Assembly: GCF_018350175.1 (NCBI RefSeq)
Contig: NC_058368.1
Coordinates: forward strand, 188,978,001-189,042,000
Source: Felis catus
Lineage: Eukaryota
Direction: 5' to 3'
Length of the DNA stretch: 64,000 bases
Of this stretch, positions 24,601 through 36,700 are shown piece by piece. How positions within the stretch are numbered: position 1 is the first letter of the stretch; every line of letters starts with the position of its first letter. The position numbers were made by a program, and so were the translations under genes. The notes beneath the pieces are model-generated. The model saw nothing but the letters and a program-made list of their open reading frames with translations. It had not been told where the DNA came from and did no database searches.

Positions 24601-27169
24601 GATCTTCATCTTATATAATGGGTTCTTGTGTTTGGAACGAATTCTTGTCTTGGCTGAAGAAGCATGCATCTGTTGCGTTTCTTCTTAAGTCACTAAATTG
24701 AAAACAATACATTTATACCATTTGGACTATGGGAAATGTTGGATTTAGCTTTCACATGGCATGGTTTTATGCTTTCAGACAATTTTTGGACTAGGCAGGA
24801 GTATTAGTGTTTCTGAGAAGAATCTATAGTATAGCCTGAAACGTTGAAATTCGTGCTCACAAATCATGAATTTATAAATTTATCTACAATTTCTAAGATG
24901 TTAAGTGACAAATTAACTTGCAATGTGTGCAGTCATCACGGTAACTCCTGGAGATGGTGGGCTGAATTTCATCGCTGAAGAATTCTAGGTTCTGTCTAGA
25001 CTTTAAGATTATCCTATAAATAATGTTGAGGAGACATGATTTTTTTTTTTTTTGCTCTCATCTTACTTTTTTAGTGGAGAGGGTGCAATAATATTCAAAT
25101 CCCAATTTAATAAAAAAAAGTTTTGGTACCTGTTACTGTTTGAGGCATCCTCTAGGCTCTGTGACCCATGAAGTTCTTGCCCTCAAGACACTTCTATTTT
25201 AGGAAGGGAAGGAAGGCAATGCACAAGTTAAGTAGTAAATGAGATAATTTTCAAATTGGAAGAAGTGTTATGAAAGAAAGAAGAGGGATGATAGGTAGAA
25301 CATGGTTAGGGTGGAGGGGCTTCTTTGAGTAGCAATTAGTACAATGGAATATACACACTATACAGATGGATAGTACTTCGAGCCTTCACAGGGGCATGCA
25401 GACAAACACATTTTTGTTTCTAAGCATCTGTGGATTGTCCCCTGTGCTAAAGTCATGCTATCGTTTGTCCAGAAGCTTTACTTTCCCTACCCCATCCTCC
25501 ATTCACTCTGTGATCATTATCTAGAAATATGAGCCATACTGGCTGACTGTGTTCTCAGCAGATCGAGCATCCTGAAATTTCAATAAGCATTGATCCATGT
25601 CATTGCACCAGATCCTTGAAATTGTTGTTTCTATAATGTTTGTCCATTTCTAACTCTAAAGAAAAGAAAATTCCGTGGAACAAGAGGCTCATGCCTGGTG
25701 ACAATAAAGGTGGGTAGAGAGGGAAGGATGGAGAAGCAGAAAGAATAAAACATCTAACCATCAAGACTAACACCCAAAATAGCTTTCAATAAACTGCAAA
25801 GCATGCCCCTCTTTCTTTATTTACAAAGTGAGATTGAAAGTCATCACTGAGTCTTAAAGTGTGAATATTGAAATTGTGAGATATATGGTACATTTAGTGG
25901 AGACGTTGTTGAAGTGCAGAAGTCATTTTAACTTTGTCTTTTAATTTTAAAGATTTATTGGCTGCAAGGAAAGAGAATATTTATAAGCATTCTTAGGTAT
26001 TCACAAAACATGTAGTTGCCAAACAGTGCAAAGAATGGAAAGAAATCATCATTACGAAGCTGGATGATTCAGGAAATGTGGTGATAAATATGGGAGTGAC
26101 AACATATTATCTCAGCCCCTTCTAGCCCCACATTTTTGAGTCATGATTATCAAGTATATCACTGCGGGGAATGTGCTAAGTCAGTTTGGGGCTAGAGGAA
26201 TTTTAGTTTTAAAAGAATAACCGGGCAGTGTTTGGGAAGTACAAATACAATAAATGATGTCAACTCATCTCAGCTTGAATAAATATATATTGTGTAATTT
26301 GCTTCTACCCTTTAATTTCCTGTAATGAAAGGAAAGTGGCAAGCAACAAGAAAGCAATTAATTGCAACAATGATTACTTAGCTTCTGTAGTGCCTGAATT
26401 AAAAAGAACATTAAGATTACTTTTCTAATAGCTCATATGTTGTTGGGTTTTTTTTTTTTTATATCCTTGGTACCTTTAAATGGCAGGTGCATTTGAATTG
26501 TTTTTAAAATACGAATTTTATCCTTGTTCACAAACAGTTTGTCAAAATGAGCTGTTGGTTATTTTGTGTTGTTGTCCCACATTCATGAAGATAAATGTCT
26601 TTTCATAGCTAATCTATTATAATCTCTCTCTGTTGTATGCTTCTTTTGATTTGAGACAGGCTGATTATTGAAAAACAAACTTGTGGCTGTCACTGTGATT
26701 TGTTTGTGTCAACTAGTTCTCTCTCATTAGCACAGAATCTTGAATGAAGCAGTACCTGTAGATGTTGAATGAATGAGGGTTAAAGAAAATGAATGGGTAG
26801 ATAAGAGCCCTGCTCTTTGGCCTTTGACAGGTTACTTTACTGCTTAAACCTCAGTTTTCTTATCAGAATAATGGGGGAAATAAACATATCTTCTTCGCTA
26901 GTTTGTTGCAGTGATTAAAATAGATAATATGAGTAAAGCACTTAGCACATTATAAATGGTGCACATTAAAGACTCAAGAAATGGTAGTTCTTATTATTGA
27001 TGACTGTAAGTAGTTCTCAATCTGTGAATTGATTTTCTGACAGTCTATTTCTACTTGGTATACCAGTGTATTTCTAGTGCCTAGTACTATGCCTGATCCA
27101 GAGTAAATGCTCAAAAAGTGTTTGTTGACTGAATGAGTCCTCAGATTCTCATTAATAAATAACAATGGC

Positions 27170-27415
27170 TATTGCTGCTGACACTTCAAAGGCACTTGCT
27201 ATATGCCATATGCTCTTTTAAAGATACGGTGTATTTTTAAACATCTAATTTTTTAGAAAACCCACTATAAGACAAGTACTATTATTATTGCCACTCTACA
27301 CATGAAGAAACTGAATCAAAGAGGAGTTATTTAAGGCCATGCAACTAGACTGTGGCAGAACCAAGGTTTGAGTTCCACCAGACTGGTTTCAGAGTCCTGA
27401 GAATTCAGCATTATC
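27170..27415 (-). mobile_element. MIR
   Basis: TACTATTATTATTGCCACTCTACACATGAAGAAACTGAATCAAAGAGG … GGCAGAACCAAGGTTTGA is an antisense MIR core. Confidence 0.7.
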
Positions 27416-28688
27416 TTCAGTATTTAGGCACAAAAGTATTGTGAAATGTTGCACTACCCCTTGATCATTCAATAGATATTTATTAATCCTGGTCCATGTG
27501 TTAGTTACTGGAGATACCATGTATAAGATGGACACAGTCCCCACTATAGCTCAGTGGAGATTATAGTCTAATGGGTCCGATTTCCCAAATTTCAGTTCAT
27601 CCCATACTTTCCTCACTGACTGTTAGAATGAGGGACACTCAGAGGTCTTACCTGACGTACTAGAAGGAAGGCTGTACACATTTGTACAAAGGAAAGTTCA
27701 AAGGTGAGCCCGAAAGGGAGATAATTAAGGTGGCGTTGTAATGAGTCTTATGAGTTACTCAGCAAACATCCCACCATCTCTTTGGAGAGTATACGATGCA
27801 TGCCTTCTGAAGCCTTGGATGTCACTGGAGACCCTTCCTGCTTTCAAATTCTGTGAGCAGATGTGGCTTTGCCATCTGTACCACGGTGACCTCTGGGTCA
27901 GTGCTGAGCAAAGTGCTGCTCTAGTCTAGCCACGAGGAGACAAGCCCCTGGCTCAGCCTGGGAAAGGTGACGGGTATGTGGAAAGAGCCCATTTAATCTT
28001 CTTTTCTCAACATCTGGGTCTGAAGTCATGTTGTTTACAGAGAGCTCCCACCACCTGTTTCTCTTATGTCCGGTACCTCAACCTCAAGGCCATGGGAATT
28101 AGTGGGCCACGTTTTGAATCAGTGGCAGAATTTCCTAAGAATTTGTATGAGTGTTCAACTATGTCATATGCATAAATTTCACTCTACTCTGCTTATTTGT
28201 CTTGTTTTGGCTTGCCCTCTTCACGACTTAGTTCATTCCTTATTTTCTTTATTTACCAAAAGTTTACTGAAGAATGAAAAAAATAAAAAAGACAGCTGGG
28301 CAAATAGAGTTTGCATTTTGATCACCTTAAGCACAATGCCTGGTGGAGAGTGAAAAATCCAGTAATAGTTGTTGAATGGAAAGACTGATGGATGGGTGAA
28401 TAAAAAGAAAATTAGAAAATTATGTTTATAGTTCAAGAGATTATTTTTAATTAGGATTCTGTTCAAGAAAAATATTCAAAGTAACTCTTAAAGAATGAGT
28501 AAATCATTCAGTTAAGAAGGGGAAAAAAAAGTAAAACCAAATCAAATTTGTCCCAGTAGGGTTCAGTGATTTGTACAAAACAAATCCATTGATCTAGAAT
28601 CTCCCAGTTTCGTCTGCCTCTGCCTGTGGTCACCAGTCAAGATGACTGATTATCCTGGGAAAGGCTCTGTGGCCTATCTCATAAACAG

Positions 28689-28726
<38 letters not shown>
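28689..28726 (+). repeat. A38 homopolymer
   Basis: Read directly; no retroelement body upstream. Confidence 0.95.
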
Positions 28727-28728
<2 letters not shown>

Positions 28729-29930
28729 AACAAAAAAAACACTATCTCACACTTGGTCAGGAGACAGCCCAAACATTTGTCTCCAGAGGCTGGGAAATTT
28801 TAGCTGTGGTTGAGATTTGGCATAAGGTGAAGAGCCTGCCGGAATGAAAGCTTGGATCTGAGAGGCTCAACCATGATCAGATGGTGTGAACTCACCTTGA
28901 GGGTAAAACACTCTCAGTAAGTTAGGACTCTGGGCCAACTCCACAATTTATTAAGGTCTGCTACTAAGTTTTCTATGTTGTCAAAGTACCATAGACATTT
29001 TGGCCAGGTTAGAAATTTCAGGTAGAGGGCCTTAAAAACAAGAAACTGATTTTACACTTTGCCTTTTTAAATAGGAAAGCCCCTACTTGTCTTGATCTAT
29101 ACTCCTTTATTTAGGATTTCAGGTGATTGTCAGGTGATCTTTCACCAAACTATGATTTGAATATATGGGTACTAGTGTTCACTTCTACTGGTGGACCCTG
29201 TCCCAAACTCTGTCATCCATCTTCACAGAGATTCCCCTGACATCCCCCCATGGCAACCATTTTTCGTGAGGTCCTGCTCCTCCCTCCTTGCTTCCATGGC
29301 TGATGTGTGTGTGCTCAGCTGCTAAATGTGCAACTGCTTTGTGTCAGGCATTGTACTCGGTCTGTTACAAGTCTCAGCCTTTGCTTTTTAAATTCTGTGG
29401 GAATTCCAGCTCCACCAAATATCTTGAAACACTCCCACAGTCCCTGTCCTTTTTCTTGCCTTTAGGCCTTCAACTAACTAATCCTAAGAAACACTTAGGG
29501 GTTTAAAAATGAAATGAACTTCCTAAAGCAGAAGCGAGTCTGCTGTTTTCTTGAGTTTCATTCTCTGCCTTTTACTGAATGCCAACTATGTGCAAAGTGT
29601 GGTGCAAAGAACTCGGGATACAAATGTGAATCAGGTGTGCAGCAAAAATGAATGGAGGGCAGGCTGTGTTGGCATGATGCTAATCCAACAGATACAATGC
29701 TCTGGTAGAAATCTGGGGAAATGACTGCGGAACGGCCTGGGAAACCAGGGAACTGGTGACAGGGGAGTGGTTTTTAGGGGACTGAGGGTATTGGCTTCTT
29801 CTGCCTTCCCCCCTTGTTACTGAACTCCATCATCTTAAAAGTGAGCAGTCTTTGTATGTGAAAATTATATACTATCAGATACTATCAGATACAGATAAAA
29901 TGCCCCACCCCTCTATCTCCCATTGTTTTC

Positions 29931-30125
29931 TTTTTTCTTTTTTTAATGTTATATTTATTATTTTTGAGAGACTGCAAATGGGGGAAGCACAGAGAGATGG
30001 GGGCAGAGGATCTGAAGCGGACTCTGTGCTGAAAGCAGCGAGCCGATGTGGGGCTTGAACTTGCAAACTGTGAGATCATGACCTGAGCAGAAGTCGGTGC
30101 TCAAACTGAGCCACCCAGGTGTCTC
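29931..30125 (-). mobile_element. Can-SINE
   Basis: TGTGAGATCATGACCTGAGCAGAAGTCGG … CTGAGCCACCCAGGTGTCTC. TSD TCCCATTGTTTTC (29918-29930) / TCGCATTATTTTC (30126-30138). Confidence 0.93.
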
Positions 30126-30470
30126 TCGCATTATTTTCATCTCATATGTTCTACAGTATTCCAGGATCTATATGCAAGTAATTTCTCAAGTTCATCATTT
30201 GTATTCTTCCTTTCTGCCCTCTTATCTCCTCTCCCAATGAGAGAATTTAGGGTGTTTAAGGTATTTTTATTTTATTCATCTTGTAAAAAATTCATAACAA
30301 ATTCATTGCAGAACACATTGAGGCCCTTGTTAGGTACGGATGGTGCATTTGGAAACAGGACTGGGAGTGGAAGGCATAGGAGAAGGGGCTTTGATGGATA
30401 AATTTTTTAAAAAATACATGAATGAATAAAGAACACCTCAGCCCTGATTTAAGAGTAAGCCTCCTCCCTT

Positions 30471-30667
30471 ACGGTGCCTGGGTGGCTCAGTCAGTTGAGG
30501 ATCTGATGCCTGATTCTGGCTCAGGTCATGATCCCAGAGTTGTGGGATCAAGCCCCATGTCCCATGGTCAGTGTGGAGCCTGCTTGAGATTCTCTGTCTC
30601 ACCCTCTGTCCCTCTCTCCAACTCGAGCTCTCTTTCTTTCTCTTGAGGGGGAGGGGGCGGGGGGGGG
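30471..30667 (+). mobile_element. Can-SINE (older subfamily) with a G-rich tail
   Basis: GGTGCCTGGGTGGCTCAGTCAGTTGAG … TCAGGTCATGATCCCAG … (CT)n. TSD GAGTAAGCCTCCTCCCTT (30453-30470) / GAGTAAGCCTTCTCATTT (30668-30685). Confidence 0.92.
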
Positions 30668-33519
30668 GAGTAAGCCTTCTCATTTGCTTCCCTCTGGAGA
30701 TTTGCTTCCCTCTCAAACCTTTCTGTGGATTTCCCTCTAGCCAGATTATTGCAGGTTTTGATCATTTTGCTATGAAATTCTCCTATGTTACTGCACCATT
30801 ATTTTGTTCAGACTGCATCATGAGTTAAATAGTTGGGACTGAGATACATGGGAAAGCTGTGGTCAGTTCGGTCTGTGCTCAATGAAAAGCCCTCGCCTGA
30901 GGGTTGGGAAACATGATTGCTACAGGTAGGCAATGGCTCTTCACCAATACCAAAGATTTATTGACATTTGGACAGGAAAAATCAGCTTTTATATTTCAAG
31001 AGAGTAAATCACCTCTTGTTAATTGTGATGCCTTCAAAGGATATTTTGGATAGTGAACTTCAGCTAGAGCTTCATGCAGTAATATGTAAAAAATGCAGCT
31101 GACCAGAAGTTTACAGTTTTGACTAATAGGATTATTAGTCAGTGAGTAATACTTCAAGTTTGCCAAGTCCCAGTTTATAGCTGGACCTTCATAAGTCAAA
31201 ACTTAGTGTTCTAACAGTCAGAGGCACTATACTTGGAACTTTAATCTCAGATAGAAAAAATATTAGCAAATATTATATTTTGGCCAAAAAAGAAAACATA
31301 GGGGTAATGACATTATATCAGGTACTTGTGTTAGAGTTGGTCTGCTTTGTTTGGAGGATACAAAATACAGGTGATCTCTGTGGTTGTTGCAATATGTCTG
31401 AAAGTAAACATTTTTGAAAGTAGAAAGTTTGAAGAAGCCATACAGTACTATTAAGTAACGTGGGCCTTAGAGAATTTGATCAATGAATCATGATCAACAG
31501 TTCTGATGAAATTGTTTCTTGTCTGAATAATTTATTTTGCCCAACACATAGACATAATCTACATTGCCAGCGAGGCAAAAACAGTGGTCAATTTCAGGAA
31601 TAAATGACCATATTCAACCCAAGTTTGGCACAAAGGGGAAAAAAAAACCCAAGACAGCTGGTTGATTGATTTCATTGTTTGTATTCCAGCAGGTGGTTTG
31701 GTGTTCTGGACACACATCGTGGGTTTCCTGTCTTTAACATGCTAGTTGTGACCACTACCTTGAATAAGGAAAGCATGTCGGTCTAAAATGGTAGCCAGAA
31801 TCTAGCAGATAGCTGTAATTTCTTTCCGCGAAAAGTCTCTTTCTTGTCTTTTGTTCTGTTCCTAGGTGTGTGTTTCAATGATTTCAGTATTAATTGTTTT
31901 TAATAGTTCTTCTGCAGTTGGTGGTACTTTTGGAGAGACTAAGTTGGGGATGTACATACACAGCCTTTCCTTATTAAGAGATTTCCTGTTATACAATGCA
32001 TTAAGGTTGTCAGCTTCTACTCCTGTTTCCTTTCATTCTTTCTTTTTTTTTTTCCTTTTAAACTTGAGCTTGCTTCACCAGAGGGAAAAAGACTAGCTCA
32101 ATTGTGTTATCCTGTTAGATTGCTTAAACCATGTTTAGATAAAAAATTACTTTATGCTTTTCTTACTACAGTTCATGATTTCCATTTTGTAAGGCATCTT
32201 TTCTAAATTTTGTGCTTTATTATTCTTGTAGTGTTGAGCGAGCAAAAACAAACTCTAGTTCATAATTCACTTTAAAGAACATACCCTTTCTTTCTATTTT
32301 CTTGTTAAAACCAAATTGTGTGCAATTTGTAGGAAATTGAAACCACATTTTTCACTTAACTTTCCAAAATTAAAATTTATGGGGAAAAAGAAGCAATAAA
32401 ACAGTTACAATCTGGTCATCTATAATTATCTATGTGGTTTGAGCAGTTCCACATTTAAGAAAAGTGACACCGAGAACTTATCAAGATTTTACAACCATGG
32501 GACATTTCACTTCTCTTTTGCTGCCTTGGAGCCAAGACCTCCACAAAATGCTCAAAGTTACACCGTGCACTTAGATACTAGATGTGTAAAGGGTAACTTT
32601 GAAATGCATACAAAACAATGGAGAGCGCCTAAAAATAGTTGTTTTCTGCTCTCGCTCAATAATGAAATTTATTACAGGAAGATTTGCCATTATGTACTGT
32701 TCTTATTTCAAGTGTTGTCTCTGATTTCAGTTGCTTTGACTTTCTCTTGTCACGCTTTATCTGGCAGGGAAAAAAACCACATAACCAGTCAGACTATTTC
32801 TGTTTATTGGTGCTGCCATTGCTGTCTTGCTGTCTGTGCTTCCAGTGTTCCCTCCATCATTATGGATTCCCTAGGAAAAGGATCCTTGAGGACAGATGGG
32901 CACTGAGCTGCAACATTTTTCTCAGAATAAACAGTTTTTTCATTCCCTTGCTCTTTGTTATTGCCTTCTCATTGTCTCTATATTAAAAAAGTATAAACAA
33001 GTTTTAGATTTTAAGAAAGTTAACACTTCAACCTCAGTTCTTAATATTTCCCTTTGTGGAAAGATGCTCATATTTGGACAACTTGATGCAGCCGTGGTAA
33101 GGTACTTCATTCATTCATTTTTTCATTCAGCAAACATTTATTGCACACCTATTTAGTTCTGAATCTTACGTTAGAGTCTCGTATAGGGTAGCAAACAAAA
33201 CATTACAGATAGTCCTGGCACGTAGTAAGTATTTCGTTGAAACTTAGCATCTTCATTAACATTTTAGAAATGTGCAGACGGGCAGATCTTTGGCAAGTAC
33301 AGAAAGAAAACAACAACATTTAAAACCACTACAGTTCTGAGTACTGACTTGAATTCTACTGAAAATTATACTTCTGCCCCAGATGAGCTTATCAAAAAAC
33401 TTACACAAGCTCAAATGTTTTACAAGTATTTTAACCATGTCCACTTCTTCATTTGCAACTTTATTCTGATTAACGGTAAACAAGTGAGAATTTTATTTTA
33501 TGCCTTCTATTTCACAAAT

Positions 33520-33755
33520 TATGTTAGGTACTTAATTATGTGTCTCAACTGCTCTAAGTGTTTTACAAATATTAATGCATTTAACCTCCTAACATTTCTA
33601 TGAGGTAGGTGTTTCATTGTCCTGATTTTACGGGACTGAGGCATGGAACAATTAAGTCATTTGCCAGAGTTAATCAAGTGGTAAGTGGAGGAGCCATTGT
33701 CGGACCCAGGTACTGTGGCTCCTGAACCCGTGCTCTTACCTGCCCCATTGTGCTA
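33520..33755 (-). mobile_element. MIR, near full length
   Basis: CTAAGTGTTTTACAAATATTAATGCATTTAACCTCC … CTATGAGGTAGG … ACTGAGGCATGG … AAGTCATTTGCC. Confidence 0.8.
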
Positions 33756-36700
33756 TCTTTAAGAATAACTTCAGTATTTACACTGTTATTAAAAGTGTGA
33801 TAATCCCCGTTGTCCAACATTTGGACACATCTGGTAGGACTGTTCAGAAAACTTACCCTGCCTGTAAATGGGCAGGTTTTCAAAGAGGAACCGACATAAA
33901 CGCCCTGGCATACGAGGGTTCAGATAATTTTGAGCCAGGATGTATGACAGTTATAGAAAATCTGGAGAATAATTGGATAGAATAAGAGGAATTAACATTA
34001 TTCACTACCTGTCACCCAGAGATAACCATGGCTAACATTTTCATTCCTTCTTTCATATTTTTTCTATGCATAACAAATGTATATAAACATTTTTTCCTTC
34101 TTTGTGGTTATACTGTATATGTGTATATATACACACAGTTTTACATCCTGTTTTTTTTTTAATGTAGCCTACTAATAAGCATTTTCCCACACATTATAAC
34201 TTCTTCATAAACATAATGTTTAAGGGCTGTATAATCTCCCAGAGTGTGGATTTACTAAATTTATCTATTCCTCTATTGCTGAATATTTATGTTGTTTTAT
34301 ATATACTTTTAACATGATATACTTCTTCTTTTTTTGTAAGTTTGATGCTTTAAAAACCACTTCACTTCTGGCAACTATTCTAACCCTTTTTAAATACTTG
34401 TATTTTTTTAATTTTAATTTTTTTCTTTTTAAACACTTTTAAAAATTGTCCTCAATGTTTCCTTTTAGTACAAGGTAGATTTAAAAATATATATATTTCA
34501 GATGATCTTGTTTTTATTATTTTAATATTTGCACTACAAAATAGTGCTACAAAATATAGAATAGTGGAAATAAAATATGTCCAAGCATACAAATGAACTT
34601 GTGATTAGTTGAGGAAGTTATATCTAGCTATAAAGCAAGCATATTAAAACTCTTGTACATATTAATACAATCAGCCATACCTTTTAATGTGTAAGTATTT
34701 AATCTATTGCCGTTCTTTCTCTTTTTTATCATGCAGCTGCAAACTAGGTTCATTTTGGGTTAATTACCTTTGGTACTAAATGTATATTATCTGCTCAGTT
34801 AGGAAAGAGATTGGAGCGAATTCAGAAATCAATAGTAATAAAGTAAACAGAGAGGATGGAATCCATTTCCTTTCTTAGAATTTATTTGGATCCACTCTAC
34901 TAAAGTCAAGGACCCTGTCTAATGGACATTGGACAGAAGACCACAAATAAACTCCACTGGGACCAGCTCTCCTTTAAGAATTGACCTGATATTTCAGTAA
35001 ATATCCTCCTGTTGGAATATCAAAATGTAGGTCTTTAATGACCTCAAGAAAGCTTTGACTTCTGTTTACAGGATTGATTTTAGTTTCTCTTTCAGTGTTT
35101 ATATGTCCACAACTGGGTGTGTCTCCTTTATGCCCAACCTCTCTCTGGCCTTCATAAAACTATTTTTGACAGAGGATTGATGTTGGAGTCACTGGTGTTA
35201 TGCTAACTACAGTCTCATTGTCCAAAGGGAAATAAATCCAGTGTCCCATACTGCTGACTATAAAAGAGGCTCTCTATAAAGTTTCAGTGTTGGTGTCATC
35301 ATGAGGAAAGATAATTTAATACTCAGATTGGGGTAAGTCTGTAGCAGCTCTCCTTCAGCACAAATGTGAGAAAGTGAGTTTACCTTGCCCAGACCTCTAA
35401 ATATTCTGGCAGGCTAATGAAACTCAGAGAATTGGCATGCCCAGCCTCCCTTGTTGACATTGTAAATCCCACAGCCAAGAAAATATTCCTGCCACGTAAA
35501 GGAAACTCATAACTGCTGTTATTCAGTGTGTGTTTATCTCCCTCATGTAATACCGGTATTTTGTTTTCTCCAAATCCTAAAGGCTATGGGAGCTTATTGA
35601 CTTATGTCACAACTAATGGCATTACTAGCAGGTGTACTGGAACCCCACCTTCACATAGTTTCCTACTGAGTGTGGTTTTCATTGTAGGGTGGTTGGCCTG
35701 GGATTGAAATGACCTGATTTGGTGCCTTCAATACCAAAGCCCAAGGTCAGGGCTATAGTGAGTCAGAGATCTCCTTTCTGCGTTCATGGAATTACAGTTA
35801 CAGTTGATTTTAGAATCTTGGCTAAGGGAACACAGTCAGATTCTGAATGTATTTCAAAAGCAAAATCAGGCTAAAAAGATGGCATTGCATATTTTGGGAA
35901 CTAGATCTTCCTGATGGCCTCTAATATTTTCATGACAATTTTTTAAAAAGTTCAATACAGCCCAAATCATTCCACATGCAATAAGAACTTAAGCATGCTT
36001 ATATCTCTCACAAAGTCTAATTACAAATGCTTTCATCATCAGGGTCACAATCTCCCACCCTTCTGACTTACATACTCAGTAAGAGGTACAGCTGGTATAT
36101 TTCTTCCTCAAGAGGCTTGCTGCCCCCGGCATAGAACAGCTTTCAGTTTTGGGTCTCTTCCACAGGGACTTGCCATGCCATGGGGAGCAATCTGACGGGA
36201 GTCTTTTGGTGACACACCTCAACCCCTACTAAGATCTTTCTCCTTTGGAGAGGGAAAGAAAAGTGGAACTCCGCAGCAGGCCAAATATTTCAGGAGAGAA
36301 ATGTGCAATTAGTTTTTCTACCCACCCCACTCCCCCCTTATCATTGTACCATCCTTGTACATTCACGAAACCCTATTTGCAAGTCTTGTCTTCCCTCCGT
36401 AGGCACATCTGAAGCCTGCTTAACTGGTATTCAGGGGGCAGAATGGCATTATTTGTGATTCCTTTGCAATCGACTCAGAGCAGTCGATTGGAGGGGATAC
36501 AAGGAGGATGTCAGTTTTGCAAGGACAGCATTGCTCGCTGTTCTCTCTGCTCTGCCCCAGAATGCTCATTTGCTTGTGAAGATAGGGCTTAATGCATTCC
36601 CTTCTTCTCTCCTGTCCCCTCTACATTGCTGCTGAATCTCACATTCCTCTAAGCACAGCCCCAGGAGCACCAGCTTTTCAACAAACCAGAAAGAGGAGGA

